Counted from the stretch's first letter, positions 9,073 to 19,079 are shown. The stretch is 64,000 nucleotides of DNA from Chloroflexota bacterium (GCA_965221905.1 OZ244922.1:1792001-1856000), one strand, 5' to 3'. Notes: generated by a model not told the origin, from the sequence alone. Program-made: numbers and translations.

Positions 9073-9984
9073 CTAAGCGCCTCGGCCCTCTCGCTCGCGC
9101 CGCTGCAGCAACCCAAAGGCGAGAAGTGCGAGTAGGCTGAGCGGCACGAGCCCGGTGATGCCGAGCGGCGCGCGGATGAGCGAATCGGTATCCAGCAAGA
9201 GAAGCAGCGGCAGGCTGGCGACTGCGTTGATGAGGCCGTGACCGAATGCTGCGGATAGGACGCTCTGCGTCACTTGGCGCAGCCAGGTCAGAATCACGCT
9301 CCACCCAATCGTAAACCAAATCATCATGAGAACGCCCAAGAACGGGTGTCCGGGGTAGTTAAGTCCCATGAAGATCGCGGGAGCGTGCCACACACCCCAG
9401 ATGATGCCGATGAGTATGCTCGCGCGGCCTAGCCCTATCGGGGCGAGCTTTGCCAGCAGGTAGCCGCGCCAGCCAAGCTCTTCGCCGAGCGCGAACACGC
9501 TGTTGAAGAGCGCCGCGAGCGTGAAGGAAGATATGATGCTGATGAATACCGCCAAGATCGGGTCGTTGAAGGGGTACTGCTGGTCTGCAATCTCGCTGCT
9601 TAGCGGTTCAAGGGTGGCATTGACCTCCTGAAAGCCAAGTCCAACACTAAGTCCCATCGCGGCAATGAGAAAGAGAAAAACGAAGAAGTAGATGCTGACG
9701 TAGCGCTCGAGGTAGCCGCGCTGCAGGCCGAGGTCGCGCTTGGACATGGGCGTGATGTACCGGCTGCATATAATGGCGGCGATCCCCGGACACCACATTG
9801 CCACGAGGGAACCAACCGTAAGCAGCGGCAGGTTCTCTGCTCCTCCCAGTATGTAGACGACCGCCCACACTGCCCAGGTGAGGCCGAACGTGGCGAGGAG
9901 AAACATCCCAATGCCGCGCCACTCAAGAGCGGTCGCGACGCTCTTCAGTTCCGGTTGCTGCATCTTAGGCGTTTGGGGCTGCAT
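9073..9984 (-). CDS. CPBP (CAAX protease/Abi) family intramembrane metalloprotease
   Basis: GEELGWRGYL, WGVWH, HGLIN motifs; multiple TM segments. Confidence 0.9.
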   Translation of the reverse strand: MQPQTPKMQQPELKSVATALEWRGIGMFLLATFGLTWAVWAVVYILGGAENLPLLTVGSLVAMWCPGIAAIICSRYITPMSKRDLGLQRGYLERYVSIYFFVFLFLIAAMGLSVGLGFQEVNATLEPLSSEIADQQYPFNDPILAVFISIISSFTLAALFNSVFALGEELGWRGYLLAKLAPIGLGRASILIGIIWGVWHAPAIFMGLNYPGHPFLGVLMMIWFTIGWSVILTWLRQVTQSVLSAAFGHGLINAVASLPLLLLLDTDSLIRAPLGITGLVPLSLLALLAFGLLQRREREGRGA

Positions 9985-9995
9985 CCTCGCTTTCC

Positions 9996-11099
9996 CTAGC
10001 GTTGCAGGATGGCAGAACGTTCAATGGTCTTGCCCTGCCACTCAACGGAAATCTTCGGCCACTCGGCAGAGGCGGCAGAGAGGATTTCGATTCCATCTGC
10101 GGTTACGAGGGTTGTATCCTCGCTCTTTACGCCTGCAATACTCGGATTCCACGCGAAGGCTTGATTCGATTGCACCACCTCTTGGCTCACGGGCGATGCT
10201 TTGTAGTCACGCGACTCGTAGCCGCATGCGCCGCCCTGATGGTGGAACCGCCACTCGTCCGGATAGCCGGCCTTGGCGTACTCATCAACCGCCCCGGCAA
10301 AGACCTCCCGCGCAGGCCGTCCCGGCACCGATCCGAGGATGAATGCCGCGTCCACGCGGGCACAGGCTGCCGACTTTGCTTGGATCTCCGCCGGAATCTC
10401 TCCAAAATGCACGAAGCGCGTTACTGAGCAGATCAGGCCGTGTTGACGTGCGCACAGCACAAGCATGGCGTACTTGTCTAGTTTTTTTGCAGTTGGGATG
10501 GGGTGCCGGTATTTGAAGATACGCTCATCGGTTGCCACGAGTGTCAGAGCTGCCTGAACGCCCTCGGCAATGGCTTTATTGGCAATTCTGCTAGCGATGG
10601 CATGTTCAGTCATGCCGGGCGCAATCTCGTAGGCAGCCAGTTCGAGCACGCGGGCCGCTGCCGCGCCCAGCGCGCGATAGCGTGCCATTTCCTCAGGCAG
10701 CAATTGATAGCGCAGACGTGCAATGTCACCGGTGAGTTTTCGCGCGCCGACAATGTCGGTATCCGTGCCGGTGCGCTTTCCTTGGGCTACGGTATTCCAG
10801 TGGACCACTTGCGCCCGGTCCACGTGCCAGTAAGGCGCAACCGGGGTCCACTCCGGAGGCACGAGCCCTTCCTCGTTCTGGAAGCGCGGCATCTCGATGC
10901 GATCCGCCACCAGCGCCCTCTCGTCAGGTGTGTAGATTAGGTGCGCGGCGGCATGCTCAGCGGCAATCATAATGAAACCGTCGCGCCCACCCGTGGCCCA
11001 GGCGAAGTTTGCCAGACGCCCTAAGACCAAGGCGTCCAGATGCTGCTCCGTGAGAAATTGCGCAATGCGGTCATGTTTGGCCTCTATTTCGCCACTCAT
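9996..11099 (-). CDS. M24 family metallopeptidase (Xaa-Pro peptidase-like)
   Basis: YRHP, HHQGG, WNPS, KSEDT motifs. Confidence 0.85.
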   Translation of the reverse strand: MSGEIEAKHDRIAQFLTEQHLDALVLGRLANFAWATGGRDGFIMIAAEHAAAHLIYTPDERALVADRIEMPRFQNEEGLVPPEWTPVAPYWHVDRAQVVHWNTVAQGKRTGTDTDIVGARKLTGDIARLRYQLLPEEMARYRALGAAAARVLELAAYEIAPGMTEHAIASRIANKAIAEGVQAALTLVATDERIFKYRHPIPTAKKLDKYAMLVLCARQHGLICSVTRFVHFGEIPAEIQAKSAACARVDAAFILGSVPGRPAREVFAGAVDEYAKAGYPDEWRFHHQGGACGYESRDYKASPVSQEVVQSNQAFAWNPSIAGVKSEDTTLVTADGIEILSAASAEWPKISVEWQGKTIERSAILQR

Positions 11100-11189
11100 T
11101 CGTTTTCCTCTCGCTATCGTTGCTTATAATATTTCAGTAGCTTTCGTGCAGTTCGCCCCGCCCTAATTCTGGGAAGGTCGGAACTGCAC

Positions 11190-11819
11190 TTAGGCGTCTA
11201 ATGCATATTGTCGTATGAAAGTGCGCGCATTCTCAAGGGCGCGAGCACGATGGCTGATGCGATTCTTCTCTCTGGGAGAAAGTTCCGCCATCGTCTGTTG
11301 CTTGTCCGGCAGGTAGAAGATAGGGTCGTAGCCAAATCCGCCATCGCCACTGGGTTGACTCGTGATCAATCCCTCGCAACGGCCGCTCGCGGTGAATAGT
11401 ACCTTACCTGCCTTCACCAGTGCGAGCACACAACGAAAGCGCGCTTGACGTTGCAGCCATGGGACGCTGCTTAGATCATGGAGCAGCTTCGTGTTGTTCG
11501 CTTGGGCGTCTGCATCGGGGCCGCTGTAACGCTTGGAGAGCACCCCGGGTCTGCCGCCGAGCGCGTCGACCTCCAACCCTGAATCTTCACCTAGCACGAG
11601 GTGAGGCGTCTGCCGCGCCACATACAACGCCTTGTGTGTGGCGTTCTCCAAAAACGTTGCGTATGGTTCATCCGCAGGCAACGCCAGACCAACGCCGGCG
11701 ACAGTGACTAGCGTTATGGGTACGCCGTGCAACAAGTGCTCAATTTCCTCGACCTTGCCGGGGTTTCCGGTTGCAAGGACGAGGAACGGCGATCGGCACT
11801 CTTGCGATGTGTTTGTCAT
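11190..11819 (-). CDS. rdgB: non-canonical purine NTP pyrophosphatase (RdgB/HAM1)
   Basis: ATGNPGK, EDSGL, GFGYDPIF, ISHR; start uncertain (11819 or 11834). Confidence 0.92.
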   Translation of the reverse strand: MTNTSQECRSPFLVLATGNPGKVEEIEHLLHGVPITLVTVAGVGLALPADEPYATFLENATHKALYVARQTPHLVLGEDSGLEVDALGGRPGVLSKRYSGPDADAQANNTKLLHDLSSVPWLQRQARFRCVLALVKAGKVLFTASGRCEGLITSQPSGDGGFGYDPIFYLPDKQQTMAELSPREKNRISHRARALENARTFIRQYALDA

Positions 11820-12170
11820 CGATGCGCAATCCAACCAATCGCTGTCTGCACCTCATCTTGGCTACGGGAAGCTATGCGTTTGCTGCCGGCCACGTGAATT
11901 CGTATGCGGGAAAACGGTGCCGTGCAGTGGACGGATGCTCAAGCGTATCTTCGAAAGCGGCCTCGCTGTCGGGCGGCCTCGATGAGGGCCGGCAGAGTTC
12001 GAGCTGGGCGTGCGCTTCTAGGGCGGAAATGGCAGGAATGTGGGGCTAGGTGCGAAATAGGTGCTCGTGAACGGTCTTGTCGCGCGAGGGAGGCGACGAG
12101 TGAGCTTGATCTTCATCTCTGGATTTCACAGCAAGGATAGCAGCCTTCTCCACTGGGCACACGCGGCAAT

Positions 12171-13559
12171 CTACTGGGCGGGTCGCAACATATGCCACAC
12201 ACTGGCTATCTCTTGCTGGAGTTCGGAGTTGTGCTCTAGCTCCTTGTTAATCTTGTCGCAGCCGTACATCACCGTCGTGTGGTCGCGCCCGCCGAGAATT
12301 CTGCCAATCTCAGGCAGCGAGAGTTGCGTCTCTTCCCGCATCATATGCATTGCAATCTGGCGCGGGCGTACAATCGTCCTATCACGTTTGGGTCCGATAA
12401 GGTTCGCCACCGGTACCCGATAGTGCGTAGCAACGGCGTTAAGGATTTGTTCAGGCGTAAAGGCATCTTTTCGGATATTGAAAAGTAGCCCGTCCAGAAC
12501 TTCCATCGCCAACTCTCGTGTTGGATCCTGGTTATTCAACTTGGCGAACGCCAACAGCCGGGTCAATGCACCCTCCAGCTCCCTCACGTTACTCACGAGG
12601 TGTGTTGCCAGGAACTCAAGGACTTCATCCGCGACAACCGCCTGTTCCTCCTCGGCCCGCTTGCTAAGTATCGCGATTCGGGTCTCCAGGTCGGGAGGCT
12701 GAATGTCAGCAATCAGGCCCCATACAAAGCGGCTGCTCAAGCGTTCTGTAAGGGTCTCGATGCTCTTCGGCGGGCGGTCGCTCGATAGCACGATCTGCTT
12801 GCCGAATTCATGGTAGGCATTGAATGTATGGAAGAATTCTTCTTGCGTCTGCTCCTTACCGGCAAGGAACTGTACGTCGTCGATCAAGATGATGTCGGCG
12901 CTGCGGTAGCGGTCGCGAAATACATCGATGCGTTTGTTCTGGATCGACCGGATGAATTCATTCGTAAACGTCTCGCACGTGATGTAGACGATGTGTAGCT
13001 CAGGCAGCGCTAGCATTACATAATTGCTAATTGCATGCAGCAAGTGAGTCTTGCCCAAACCGGCGCCGCCATATATGAAGAGTGGATTGTACGCCTCTGC
13101 CGGACCTTCCGCCACTGCCTGTGCTCCGGCCGCGGCCAGGCGATTCCCCGCACCAATCACGAAGCGATCGAACGTGAACTTACCGTTCACCATGCTCTGT
13201 GTGCCTGTCCCTCGCCGCAATTGCGTTTGCTCAACCTTTGATGCGGCAGGTGACGCACCCGCCGCACTGGCAGCGGGGGAATCCTGACGCGTTCCTTCAG
13301 GCTGGGATGAGGATACCTCGTACACGACCGAGACCTCCTGGTGGCAAAGGCGTGCCAGTATCTGCTCCACTAGAGCGTGGTAGTTCCGCTCTACCACCTC
13401 TTTGGCAAAGGTGTGCGGCACACCGACTCTAATGGGAGAGCTATTGGCATCAATTAAATGCGTATTTCGTAGCCAGGCAGCAAACTGACCGCGGGGGATC
13501 TCTAGTTCAAGTTCACCAAGGACAGTTTGCCAAAGCGCTCGCGGGTCTAAGGTAGACAT
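12171..13559 (-). CDS. dnaA: chromosomal replication initiator DnaA
   Basis: YNPLFIYGGAGLGKTHL, IDDVQF, QEEFFHTFN, NVRELEGAL, GGRDHTTV. Confidence 0.98.
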   Translation of the reverse strand: MSTLDPRALWQTVLGELELEIPRGQFAAWLRNTHLIDANSSPIRVGVPHTFAKEVVERNYHALVEQILARLCHQEVSVVYEVSSSQPEGTRQDSPAASAAGASPAASKVEQTQLRRGTGTQSMVNGKFTFDRFVIGAGNRLAAAGAQAVAEGPAEAYNPLFIYGGAGLGKTHLLHAISNYVMLALPELHIVYITCETFTNEFIRSIQNKRIDVFRDRYRSADIILIDDVQFLAGKEQTQEEFFHTFNAYHEFGKQIVLSSDRPPKSIETLTERLSSRFVWGLIADIQPPDLETRIAILSKRAEEEQAVVADEVLEFLATHLVSNVRELEGALTRLLAFAKLNNQDPTRELAMEVLDGLLFNIRKDAFTPEQILNAVATHYRVPVANLIGPKRDRTIVRPRQIAMHMMREETQLSLPEIGRILGGRDHTTVMYGCDKINKELEHNSELQQEIASVWHMLRPAQ

Positions 13560-13952
13560 TAAGCAGGGGGAAAAGAAGCGAGGTTGAATTTCTAACTACA
13601 CATGCTACCAAATCTGCCGAGCCGGGGCAAGCTCATGCCACGCTATCCCCTCTACACTGTCCAAGTCAATCCGCTGCAATATTCATCTACAGGCCGGGAT
13701 TCATCGACTGCCAAGGGCTGCCAATCAACGGCTGCCAAGCGCGCAGTCTGGTTTCTCCGCAAACGCCATTTCCACGAACACGCAGGTCCGATCTCGCTTG
13801 GAGTTCCAGCGTCAGCTTCTTGCGAAAGCGGCAGCGTTGGAGCGTGTGTAATGTGTGGATGCTCAAGGGTTGATATTCGCTAGAATCTCTGTCATAGTGA
13901 AATCAGTGAAAATGCAAGCGATAGGCTCTTGGCTGGGCAAGAAAGGGAAGCA

Positions 13953-14288
13953 ATGGCTGAACCAATTACGGTGACTGACGATAGCTTTACAAAGGACGTA
14001 ACGGAATCTGATCTTCCCGTAGTCGTTGACTTTTGGGCGTCTTGGTGCGGCCCGTGCAAGATGGTTGAACCCATCGTCAAAGAGCTTGCCAATGAGCTTG
14101 AGGGCAGGGTTGTCTTTGCTAAGGTCAATACGGATGATAACCTGGAAACGCCAACACGTCTGGGCGTGCAGGGGATCCCAACCCTGATCTTCTTCCGCAG
14201 CGGCCAAGAGGTAGGGAGGGTCGTTGGATTTCGGCCCAAAGCGCAATTGCTCAAAGCAATCGAATCCGACCTTCTGCAAACTGCTTAG
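13953..14288 (+). CDS. trxA: thioredoxin
   Basis: VVDFWASWCGPCK, GIPTL; RBS AAAGGGAAG. Confidence 0.96.
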   Translation: MAEPITVTDDSFTKDVTESDLPVVVDFWASWCGPCKMVEPIVKELANELEGRVVFAKVNTDDNLETPTRLGVQGIPTLIFFRSGQEVGRVVGFRPKAQLLKAIESDLLQTA

Positions 14289-14322
14289 CCGGGAAACCGA
14301 TCGTACTCGGGTCCGATTAAAC

Positions 14323-14361
14323 AAAGAAGCTAGCTGGCTCTAGTAGACAGCTAGCTCTTTT
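14323..14361. terminator. probable intrinsic terminator between convergent trxA and the spermidine-synthase-like gene
   Basis: AGCTAGCTG (14328-14336) / CAGCTAGCT (14348-14356) stem followed by CTTTT. Confidence 0.6.
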
Positions 14362-14433
14362 GATTCAGCGGCAGAATGGGCGCATGCGCTAGCGCGCTAG
14401 CGAGGAATTGAGATTGGTATGGCCTCCAGCCCT

Positions 14434-15978
14434 CTATTCCCCCTGCGCGATGTCGAGGATCATCGTGTGAATCAATTGCTCGACCGGAGCCAGATCGTCG
14501 GTAAAGGTCTGGGTCTCCACGGTGGTTAATTCGCGGTAGTGCTCCGAAGCCACAGCAAGCACCACACGCAGGCGGTCATCGATGTCCTGGCTTGCAAGCA
14601 GCGGCTGGACGTTTTCCAGGAAGTTCTGTGGCGTGCTAGGTTGATTGGTAGCCACCACAATGCTATTAATGGTGCCCGGAATGTCAATGATGTAGACGTT
14701 GGGGAATACCGACTTGATCGTGCCGGCAATCGTATGCACCAAACGGAAGTCGGTCGTTGTCCGACCCACATTGATCACGGCGACCCCGTTCGGAGTCAGG
14801 CGATCACGTACGTGCTGGAAGTACTCCCGCGTGGTCATTTGGAAAGGAATGTACGGCTGCTGATAAGCGTCGGTACCGATCATGTCGTACTTGCGGTCGT
14901 CGGTCATGAGAAAGTACCGGCCGTCTTGCTCGACCACCTCCAGATTGGGCTCCGTCATATCGAAATACTGGCGCCCGATCTCGACAATTCTCGGATCGAT
15001 CTCCACGCCCACAATCTCGATAGGTCCGTAGATTTGCGTGATCTGCTTTGGCACGGTTCCTGCGCCAAGCCCGATCATAAGTACGCGTTGAAGGTCTGAA
15101 GGCGCGACATCCGGTGCGAAGTAGGGCGCCACCAGGTAGTAGTCCCAAGGTCCGCCGGTGAGCAGCCGCTCGGGATGGTAGATTGAGTGCGTTGCCTGCC
15201 CTTCGTTCAGTTCGAGTAGGCGCGTGGTATCCTCAAGCTCGATCACGCGAATATAGTTGTACGCGGATTCCGTCTCCTCAATAACGACGCCTCGTTCTGC
15301 GGGCTTTATCGTCACTTGGGGGACAACCGTCAGGCCAATCAGAACGAGCAGAAATACTATTGGATAGAGTTTCCGTCTGCCCAAAGCAACGATTGATAGG
15401 ACGAGGAGCGTGAAGGCAAATGTGAGAAACGTGTTTCTGGTACCGATGTTCGGAATCAACACCAGCGTGGGCAAGAAGGCGCCGAGCAAACTGCCGATGG
15501 TCGATATTGCATAGAGCTTGCCGGCCACACTCCCCGACTGCTTCACGTCTCCATCTTCGAGGGACAACCTAATCGCAAACGGTGAGACGCAGCCGAGCAA
15601 TGTAATCGGGACCGCAAGCAGCAGCATAACCACCGCGAGAGATCCCCAAAAGACGCCGAGAGAATATGTGGCGAACGCCTCCTGCGAGTATTGCAGGACT
15701 GGCCGCGAGACAAATGGCAGCAGTCCGATCATGATTGCCGCCACTGCCGTCAATTGGTAAAGCACCTCTTGGCGGGGATAACGGTCCGCCAAGCGTCCGC
15801 CAAGGTAATAGCCCAACGTCAGGTAGAAAAGCACGAAGCCGATGACATTTGCCCACACGAAGAGCGAGGTACCAAAGAACGGGGCGATAAGGCGGGACGT
15901 GGCAATTTCCGTACCCAAACTGGATATGCCACCTACAAAGACAATGAGTATGAGAAGCAAACGAGATGTTCTCGACAT
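14434..15978 (-). CDS. fused membrane domain / spermidine-synthase-like SAM-dependent transferase
   Basis: About seven N-terminal TM helices; Rossmann motifs VLMIGLGAG, VEIDP, DGRYFL, TDAY. Confidence 0.85.
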   Translation of the reverse strand: MSRTSRLLLILIVFVGGISSLGTEIATSRLIAPFFGTSLFVWANVIGFVLFYLTLGYYLGGRLADRYPRQEVLYQLTAVAAIMIGLLPFVSRPVLQYSQEAFATYSLGVFWGSLAVVMLLLAVPITLLGCVSPFAIRLSLEDGDVKQSGSVAGKLYAISTIGSLLGAFLPTLVLIPNIGTRNTFLTFAFTLLVLSIVALGRRKLYPIVFLLVLIGLTVVPQVTIKPAERGVVIEETESAYNYIRVIELEDTTRLLELNEGQATHSIYHPERLLTGGPWDYYLVAPYFAPDVAPSDLQRVLMIGLGAGTVPKQITQIYGPIEIVGVEIDPRIVEIGRQYFDMTEPNLEVVEQDGRYFLMTDDRKYDMIGTDAYQQPYIPFQMTTREYFQHVRDRLTPNGVAVINVGRTTTDFRLVHTIAGTIKSVFPNVYIIDIPGTINSIVVATNQPSTPQNFLENVQPLLASQDIDDRLRVVLAVASEHYRELTTVETQTFTDDLAPVEQLIHTMILDIAQGE

Positions 15979-15999
15979 GTTTGCGGCTAAGGCTCCTCC

Positions 16000-16824
16000 C
16001 TAGGCTTTCTGCGTGTCTCCGTTCTGCGCCGCTTTGCGCAGATACACTGCAAGCAAGATTCCGGCAATTGCGACAATGATCCCGGTCACCTGCGCTTGTT
16101 TCAGGTTCCAAAGTACGACTTCGTTCAGCCGCCAGATGAATATGACAATCTGCGAAATCGAGTACCCGATGAGGTACAGCGCAAACACCATGCCGGGCGT
16201 TCGGAACCGATGCCGGAGCGGCCAGAGTATGGCAAAGATTAAGACGTTACCCAAGAGTTCATAGACTGCGGCAGGATGATAGGCAACCGTTGTACTGGGG
16301 GCAAACGTCGCAGGATGTGTGTAAAGAAATGCCCAGGGCAAATCAGCCGGATAGCCGATGACGTCGCCGTTGACAATGTTGCCGATTCGTCCAATCCCCT
16401 GAGCGGGAAGCGCAAGCAGTCCGGCAGTGTCGAGTACCGGCCAAAGGGCAATATTCGCTCGCCAGCACGTAATGAGGATCGCGAGCACTACCCCAAAGAT
16501 GCAGCCGTAAAACGCCATGCCCCCTTCCCAGGTGGCAAAGATGCGCCAAGGCCGCTCCAGATATGGGCTGATGGGTTGCTGAATGACGTAGTAGAGCCGC
16601 CCGCCGAGGAAGCCCGCAATCGCCGCCGGCCAGAAGAGCGTGTTGATCTGATCGTCGCTTATGCCGCACTGATTGGCATACTTTCGGATAATCCACACTC
16701 CCACCAAGATTCCGAGCACGTACATCAACCCGTACCAGCGAAACGCTATGGGGCCAATACTAACGAGGACCGAATCCAGGTGAATGGTGATAACTGAGGG
16801 GAGGAGCATGGTGTGTGGGATCAC
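16000..16824 (-). CDS. lgt: prolipoprotein diacylglyceryl transferase family protein (divergent active site)
   Basis: WYGLMY, GGRLYYV, GRIGNIVNG, HPAAVYE; start uncertain (16824 or 16809). Confidence 0.82.
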   Translation of the reverse strand: MIPHTMLLPSVITIHLDSVLVSIGPIAFRWYGLMYVLGILVGVWIIRKYANQCGISDDQINTLFWPAAIAGFLGGRLYYVIQQPISPYLERPWRIFATWEGGMAFYGCIFGVVLAILITCWRANIALWPVLDTAGLLALPAQGIGRIGNIVNGDVIGYPADLPWAFLYTHPATFAPSTTVAYHPAAVYELLGNVLIFAILWPLRHRFRTPGMVFALYLIGYSISQIVIFIWRLNEVVLWNLKQAQVTGIIVAIAGILLAVYLRKAAQNGDTQKA

Positions 16825-16826
16825 CG

Positions 16827-18137
16827 CTATCTGCGCGTAATATCCGGATGGGTGGTGGCAGCGATTTCGCCAACGGCACTTGCAAGGCCCCCGGCTTCGC
16901 GTGCGCGGCGCAGCTCGTGCAAGGTGTCCTCAATTACAGCGACCGTCTGTGCGATGTCGTCTTCGGTATGCGAGAACGTGATGAAATTCACGCCGCCGCG
17001 CCGGATGAGCAAGCCGCGCTGGGCGCAACCGGCCAGGAGAAATCGCCACATTAGGCCCTCTTCTTCAGCGTCCCTGGCATCGAGGAAGCGTTCACCGGAA
17101 ATTTGCGCCAGACCGTAGGCCTCGAGGGCCACTCCGGCACGCCTCGCCGCAGCGTTGATACCGTCCTTGAGCAATTCTCCGGACCGGTGAAGTTGCTCCT
17201 GGACGTTCTGCTCGCGTAAGATGGTCATCGTCGCCACTGCAGCGGCGAGTGACAGCGCTTCGCCTCCGTACGTAATGCTGATGAGGCAGTTTTCGGCCGT
17301 CTTCATTACTTCCTTGCTGCCAACTACCGCAGCCAGCGGCATGCCGTTCGCCATGGCTTTGGCAAACGTGGCAAGATCCGGCGTAACGCCAAAGTACTCT
17401 TGCGCTCCGCCCATGGCAAGGCGGAAACCGGTGACGATCTCATCATAGATAACGAGCGCGCCATGCTTGTGCGCCAAGTCGTTCAGCGCCTGGAGATAGC
17501 CGGGCTGCGGCTCCTTGCCCATAGATGCCGCATCTAGAGCAACGGCCGCGATCTTGTTGTCATGAGCGCGAAAGAGATCCTCGAGGTGATTGAGATCGTT
17601 GAAGCGAAACGGCTTGACAGACGATTCCAGAGCGGTGGGAATGCCGCCGTCATTGCGGTCGGCGTTCCAGCCGTCCGACCAACCGCGATAGCCGTTGTTG
17701 AGAATTACTTCGCGCTTGGTGTAGGCGCGGGCGATGCGTGCCGCCGCGTTATTCGCCTCGGCGCCGCCTTTGAGGAAACGTACCATTTCGGCGGCCGGTA
17801 CGGCGTCGATGAGGCAGTCTGCCGCCGCGACCTCTAGCGGTGAAAGCAACCCGTAGATTATGCCTTTGCTGAGTTGCTCGGCAATGGCAGCATCTACTTC
17901 CGGGTAGCAATAGCCCAGCACGATGGGGCCGAGCCCGTTCACGAAGTCGATGTACTCGTTCCCATCTATGTCCCATATATGAGAGCCGCTGGCTCGCGAC
18001 GCATAGATCGGGTAGGCGCCATAGGCATACGCGCTTGGACGCTTGCTCATAGTCTGCGTGCCGCCGGCCACTACGTCTTGGGCGTGAGAATATAACTCCA
18101 GGGACTCAGTGAATTGGACCATAGTTTTCTGTGCCAT
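16827..18137 (-). CDS. class III PLP-dependent aminotransferase (GSA-aminomutase-like fold)
   Basis: WDIDGNEYIDF, DEIVTGFR, ATFAKAMANG (PLP Lys). Confidence 0.88.
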   Translation of the reverse strand: MAQKTMVQFTESLELYSHAQDVVAGGTQTMSKRPSAYAYGAYPIYASRASGSHIWDIDGNEYIDFVNGLGPIVLGYCYPEVDAAIAEQLSKGIIYGLLSPLEVAAADCLIDAVPAAEMVRFLKGGAEANNAAARIARAYTKREVILNNGYRGWSDGWNADRNDGGIPTALESSVKPFRFNDLNHLEDLFRAHDNKIAAVALDAASMGKEPQPGYLQALNDLAHKHGALVIYDEIVTGFRLAMGGAQEYFGVTPDLATFAKAMANGMPLAAVVGSKEVMKTAENCLISITYGGEALSLAAAVATMTILREQNVQEQLHRSGELLKDGINAAARRAGVALEAYGLAQISGERFLDARDAEEEGLMWRFLLAGCAQRGLLIRRGGVNFITFSHTEDDIAQTVAVIEDTLHELRRAREAGGLASAVGEIAATTHPDITRR

Positions 18138-18143
18138 CGCCGA

Positions 18144-19079
18144 TTACTCCTTTTCCGCCGCACTCGCGGCAGCGGATGCGTGTCGCGGATGACCGTTTGC
18201 TATCCAGTTGCCGGGCTCTGTTAGTTTGCCGTAAGTTTCTGGCCGGCGGTGCTGCCACATCTGTTCGCGGAAGTTCGCTTCCCCGGACACTCCCATGCTC
18301 CGCACCATGCGGGGTCGATCCAAATCGATCTCTGCCACCGCAGTACCCCAGTAGCGCCCCAGATCAGCCAGTGCGATGCCGTCCGGCCCAATGACGCTGC
18401 TCCGATTCAGGCACATGCCGGGCATCCAAGGGGCATCGTCATCGATACCGTTGTTTACGGGGCAGACGTAAACACAGTTGTCAATTGCCCGCGACTGAAT
18501 GACCGCTTCCCAGCCGACCTCACCATACATGCCGTAGACCGTCGGGTGAAAGATAATTTCGGCTCCCTGCAAGGCGAGAATGCGAAAGCCTTCAGGGAAG
18601 TTTACGTCGTAGCAGATCGTCACGCCGATCTTGCCAAAATCAAGCTCGAATACCGGCCAATCACGTCCAGGGACAATTCCCCACTCATAGCGTTCGACAT
18701 CAGTTAGGTGGACCTTCTGGTAACCGCAAATATAGTTGCCCGTACGGTCGAAGACCATCGCCAGGTTGCGGCGTTCGCCTTCCTCGACGGCCAATATCGG
18801 CGCCACTACGTTGATGCCGTAGCGCTGGGCCACCTGAGACATGCGGTCGAAGGTCGGGCCTCCCGGCACTTCCTCAAACCACTCCCCAGCCTTACCGGCG
18901 CGGTTAATGCCTTTCACGTGAAAGACTTCGGGAAGGCAGGCAATGTCGGCCTGGCGCTCCGCCGCGCGGGCGATGAGCTCCTCGGCCACGTTCAGGTTAT
19001 AGTTGCGCTTCTCGTTGTCAGAATCTTCCGGCACGCGGAGCGGCGTGGAACAAACTGCCACTCGTACAGTCCGCGGCAT
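18144..19079 (-). CDS. carbon-nitrogen hydrolase (nitrilase/amidase superfamily)
   Basis: Catalytic triad E (LPEVF), K (YQKVHL), C (TICYD); soluble, no TM segments. Confidence 0.9.
   Translation of the reverse strand: MPRTVRVAVCSTPLRVPEDSDNEKRNYNLNVAEELIARAAERQADIACLPEVFHVKGINRAGKAGEWFEEVPGGPTFDRMSQVAQRYGINVVAPILAVEEGERRNLAMVFDRTGNYICGYQKVHLTDVERYEWGIVPGRDWPVFELDFGKIGVTICYDVNFPEGFRILALQGAEIIFHPTVYGMYGEVGWEAVIQSRAIDNCVYVCPVNNGIDDDAPWMPGMCLNRSSVIGPDGIALADLGRYWGTAVAEIDLDRPRMVRSMGVSGEANFREQMWQHRRPETYGKLTEPGNWIANGHPRHASAAASAAEKE

Noticed and set aside
5394-11099. RiPP/bacteriocin cluster (ABC exporter pair + CAAX protease + peptidase)
   Set aside because: No precursor peptide, modifying enzyme or C39 peptidase domain; genes are convergent and individually common
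16827-18137. hemL assignment
   Set aside because: N-terminal GTQTMSK instead of the GVNSPVR motif of true GSA aminomutases, and no hem genes nearby
18144-19079. Lnt (apolipoprotein N-acyltransferase) call because of proximity to lgt
   Set aside because: No transmembrane domain; generic soluble nitrilase-family protein
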